A stretch of DNA of 64,000 bases from positions 1,364,001-1,428,000 of the forward strand of contig JAYWIR010000008.1 of the NCBI GenBank assembly GCA_036172245.1, given 5' to 3'. The translations under genes were made by a program, and so were the position numbers. The notes beneath the pieces were generated by a model. That model ran no database searches, was not told the DNA's origin, and worked only from the letters and a program-made list of their open reading frames with translations. The stretch is from Raillietiella orientalis (Eukaryota). Shown here piece after piece: positions 57,559 to 64,000 of this stretch; within the stretch, counting starts at the first letter, position 1, and every line of letters begins with the position of its first letter.

Positions 57559-60500
57559 TACGTCGAGACGCCAAAACGAATAATGGCGTCTCGACGCGCT
57601 GTGGTCAAAAACGAGAGCATAAATCTGAAAGCGAAAAGATTTCAAAGCCGTTCCTCTATCTGATGTGCTTGAAGTGAGGCTCGGTGACTTCTCCGAACTC
57701 CTTTGAATCGGCGGCCCCTCTTCGTGTTATTTTTGAAAGTCGCCGCTTGCCTGTCGAAGACTTTCTCGAACCCTGGGTTCTTTGAATGATGGAATTCGAC
57801 TGCACGTGGATGTTAGAAGAAATCACAAGACGCCAGAGATTTGCATCCCTTCATCCATCTAATGCAGCTCTCCGGGATTCCACATCACTTATTTAACGAT
57901 CAAGAAGAAATCGAAGAAGAAATTTTAGGGAACATGGCACTGAGTCAAATCTGTCACTGGGAGCTTCCCGAAACTTCGAAAAAAGGCCTCGCAGAAGAAA
58001 TGGCTACCAGAACTTCACGGCACACAGAGAAAAGGCACTCAGATGCAGCTGGCTTTCTCTCATCCACGGTTTGAAAACTTTGCGCACCATCAAAGGTCTC
58101 AAAACGTGAGTGACCTATCGGGTTCTAAACAGCCGGTGGATATCGAATGGGGGCTACTCTGGGGACCGGTTTCCGGGAACGAAATGCCGTTCTCCTGGGA
58201 ACATCCACACAGTCACGTGCACGTACGTATAGGGCTCTTTTAGGTTTTGGAAAAGACAGCAATGCAGATTTGAGGGCGAAAACTCACGGGCTATGTAAAA
58301 AAAGGCACGCGTGATCCTGGATAAAATTTACATTCCTATTGGCATTCCAAGCCCAATATTTGTACAAAAAAAGAGATAGAGATACTGATAGAATGCACGC
58401 AAAAAAAAAAGATTTTAACACGCTGTCGTGGGAGAAATTTCAGAATCAGGATAGGCCACCATAGGCGTCTACGAAAAGGGGAACACGGCTGAGTTGCATT
58501 TTGCTTGTGACGTGCTGTAGGCTGGAACCACCCAGCTTTAAGTGCTCTCCAGTAGTCTCTGAGAGAAGCCACGGAACCATGCTGTAGATGCAGGGTATCA
58601 TCATGAGGCGTGTTGTTGAAGGTCAGAGAAACAGGATTTCGGAGCATGAGGAGAAGATGAAACGCGTGTGCCAAAGTGTGAACCAACAAGTGAGAAGGAT
58701 GCTATCCAGGACTTCAGGGGACTCGTGAAGACTGCTTGGAAACTTCCGGGAAAGAATCTGCATTGCTTCCTACACGGAAATCTTCTCGATGCACTTCCCT
58801 CATTCTGATTGAAGCACAATTCCTCACTCACAATGGTGTAAGTTGCTCAGAATGACAGCTTATGCAGATTCGATACCTGCTTCGCGTTCCATACGTGATG
58901 GGACCATCTTCACTCTGAAGAAACAAACAGACTCACAGCACGTGGAGTGGAAGAAAACACAAACCATGCTTCTGTCATCGGTTGTGCACCGTCCACAATC
59001 AGATGTCCGATTACAGCTGTACGCAACGACAGGTCAATCGGGTAGAACCTCGTGGTGACGAGGTCAGGAGCCAATTGAACAAATTAACGAAGAATTGAAA
59101 CCTTTTGTCATACTGGACCACATATCCATTCGACAAGTGTGTCGTGCATAAAAGTTCACATTGACGAATTGCGGTTTCGTAAGTCTGAAATGCAAATGAC
59201 AAAATTTGCGTAAATGTGATAGCTGATTTCTCTCCATCTTTTCTTCCTGCTTTTTGGCTTTTACGTCACATAAGTGCCCTTCAATTTCGACGACTCTTCG
59301 ATTAAGACTCGCCGTCGCCTTACCCGAGTTGTCAGCAGTGGCGATGGAGACGGTCTCCTAGCAAAACGAAGTTGCCTTGGCTAGGTGACGACGGCATTCG
59401 TGAGACGGAGCAATCGCAGAGGGAAAGCAGCATCACTCACAGCCCGAGGAAAATCAAAGTCTCATCTGCGATTTCCGAGACGGACCGCACTCCCGAGCGT
59501 ATTTATGAAATTCCGTCGTGCCCGACGTGTGTTTTCCGTGGACGAGTAAACCCAAACAGATTGCTGACGTCTCCGTGCGAAACATTCCTCCTCTGCTCGT
59601 AGATGGGGAAACACTTGGCAAAACACGATAAAAGGAAAACGAATTCGCATTCATGTCTTTCGCTGCGTTTGCGGCTTCGGTCCCTGCAATGTGGATGCCC
59701 AATAAAAAGCGAACCGAACGCAATGTTAGGAAACGCGAACTCTCGCTAATTGATCGCTTATTCTTCGCCACGGTGGCTGATTGACGGTGATCTTTGCGAG
59801 ATCCGAGTATGTGCTCGTCTTGTGCAGGCTCGTTCCGATTCTGCCGGACCAGCAACGACGGGTCGATCGTAAAGATCTCATCTCCGGGAGAGCTCCCTTC
59901 CATCACCTCGAATCGGAATTCGCTGAAAGAGCCGCGCGCCGGATGAGAAATATTCATCTCTTTGTTCGATCCTCCTCTTCGAAAAATTCACATCCCCTGC
60001 TATATTCAGAGGATTTCCTTGAAAGCATCGCACACGATGGCACACATCCGCATCAACGTGTACGATCCTCAGTGCACTGATTTTCAATTTTTTTGTTCGT
60101 GTGACATCGACTCCTTGGAGCATGTGGAACATATGAATAATCTAAAGATATTAGATTGTTTTATTTCTAGAAATTCAAGGGAGTGGTACTTTCGGTGCTG
60201 CGAGCTATCTCCGCGGGCCGCTTTTGTCTCGCGAGCAAAGATTCTGGATGGCCCAAATGCAGACAGCGGAGCACCACGCTGTCGGCGGTCCGGCCAGTAG
60301 CAAAAGAGAGGAAAGCAAAATTCTGCACTCCTGAAATGCGCAGCCGATCGAATTGGTCTCCCATTCTTCCGGATGCGGTTCGGCGGGACAAGAGAACTTG
60401 TCCCCACAAATCGTCCTCCGGGCTCAAAACCTGAGCAGCTATTGCGAGGCCCACTCCAGTAAACTCCCGTTTCCGGTCAGGGTTGCTGCGCCAAGGTGTT

Positions 60501-61560
60501 TTTCGCTGATTGCGTCGCTTGCGCAGGCGACAGGGTGGTTTCCAGCCCGAGGTCTCCGTCGCCGGTCGCTGCTGCAGGGTTGCCGGAGTTCGTCCCGAGC
60601 TACGCACTTCCTGTTTCCCGTTTCTCACCGGTCGGACTTCTGAGCTCCGTGCTTCGAGGTGGAGCGCCTCGGCCCCACGCAAACTCACCGCACACGAGAC
60701 GGCAGGCCCCCCCCCCCCCTTCCTTCCCGTCCACTTCCATCGAGAAAAGTCCACTCACGTGAAGTGGAAGAGAACTTTCGGGGTTCGTTGCACGAATTTC
60801 CTACTAATACCGTGCGTTTGAGCAGGGCATCATTCACACAGATGTACAGAGATAGGTCTGAGACTAAAACAGCTCACTCAACTAACGCATACGAAGTACG
60901 CTGCTGCTTTGCACTTGTCGTAGAACTCGGCTCTGCGCGATTTCCTTATATGAGGGGATGAAATTTGCATCTTGTTTTACTCGTGTGTGAAGTACCACTA
61001 CACGTGCTTCAGTCTTATAGTGGAAAGTACTTCCAATCTCGAAAAAGGCTCGAAAAGTGGGGGGGAAAAAAACACTGCAGGCGAAGACATCACACAGATT
61101 GCTTACCCCTGCTACGTAGATTAGAATGACTTTACGAGTACAGAGAGAAATCATAGCATTCCATTTTGATAAAATAGGCTCAGAAATGATTGTCCTCCTC
61201 ACCAGCTTGCAGCTGAGCCCTCTCTTTAAAATGCGTTCAGAAACATCACACTAAATGCATATCATATCCAAAGGTAGTACTCCCCTCTGGTACGCTCCCA
61301 ATTTGTGCAGTTGATGGTTTTATTCACTGATTCTGTGTCAATGCTTTACATATAAATATATTTCATATCCAAATGCCTCCTGGGGCGAAATCCATACCTT
61401 GTGTGCTGTGTACAATTTAAATGTACCTTTCACCTAACGTTGACAGACTTCCGGGCCACGCCTATCCCACCCAATCACAAAGTAGCTACGAAGCAACAAG
61501 TTTGTACAAACACACACATGCATATAAGTAACTTCAGCATTTGGTTAATATTCATAATTG

Positions 61561-61566
61561 TTTATT
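61561..61566 (-). terminator. Candidate MCM3 polyadenylation signal (AATAAA)
   Basis: TTTATT on the + strand about 130 nt past the stop codon; the region is AT-rich, so a chance match is possible. Confidence 0.35.
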
Positions 61567-61696
61567 ATTTCAAAAAAAAAATCGGATACAAATATACTTA
61601 ACAGAACTTGACACGATGCCGTTCGAATACTGGGATTCGGCACAATACATACACGGTAATCACTGAATTTAATCATTTATAAAGAATGCAAAGAGT

Positions 61697-63593
<1,897 letters not shown>

Positions 63594-64000
63594 CTGCAAA
63601 TATTAAGCAATTAGTCTAATATAAATTTCTTTCAAAATTAAGTCCGCAAATAGAAACTACTGCTACTACTTCTCCAAAATATAATATTCTGCACATCACT
63701 GTGCAAAATGCTGCTTGCTTGCAAACTAGGAAAATGCATAGTGTATACACAGAATGAAAAAAATTTACGAGCAGATGTTTAGAAATTGTTGCACACTTCT
63801 TCGGAATTCTGTTGCAATATTATTTAATCAGCATTTCATGAATTGTGGTACATTTGGAAATGTGACATAAACACAGTATTTGCATTTTCACCACCCATTA
63901 TGTTTATGGGGATTGCCATGATGAAAAGCAAAATACATCCTCAAAAAATTATGCACACTACAATAAGCAAGGCAAAATTATAAATATTGTTAGTAGTATA

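Noticed and set aside
57841..60300. Short ORFs with faint motifs (KKWLPELH, FTIDP, HIRINVYDP)
   Set aside because: The motifs are too short, and there is no consistent exon chain or family match.
63594..64000. Additional MCM3 exon or intronic snoRNA
   Set aside because: No MCM-like frame and no convincing C/D or H/ACA box pair. Treated as an intron running off the window.

Overview
Animal (probably protostome, possibly arthropod) genomic DNA in three compositional zones. (1) About 1-26 kb is very GC-rich. It holds a minus-strand Pax6 (eyeless/toy family) gene with 6 coding exons in view, from MPHKG at 8161 through the paired domain to the start of the homeodomain at 1157; the gene continues off the left edge. 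Its promoter and long upstream non-coding region are also here. (2) About 27-58 kb is a repeat and pseudogene field: an intron-retaining BRAP pseudogene, several decayed non-LTR retrotransposon RT fragments on the minus strand, a duplicated ~570 bp segment, four copies of a tRNA-headed repeat rich in UUCG hairpins, a TIR-bounded element next to a hairpin cluster, and an AT-rich island of ~100 bp units in mixed orientation separated by (TA)n. (3) About 61.7-64 kb is AT-rich and holds the 3' part of MCM3 (minus strand) with very short introns (39-57 nt). Most entries in the ORF track are artefacts of high GC. All calls come from reading and hand-aligning the sequence; no searches were run.
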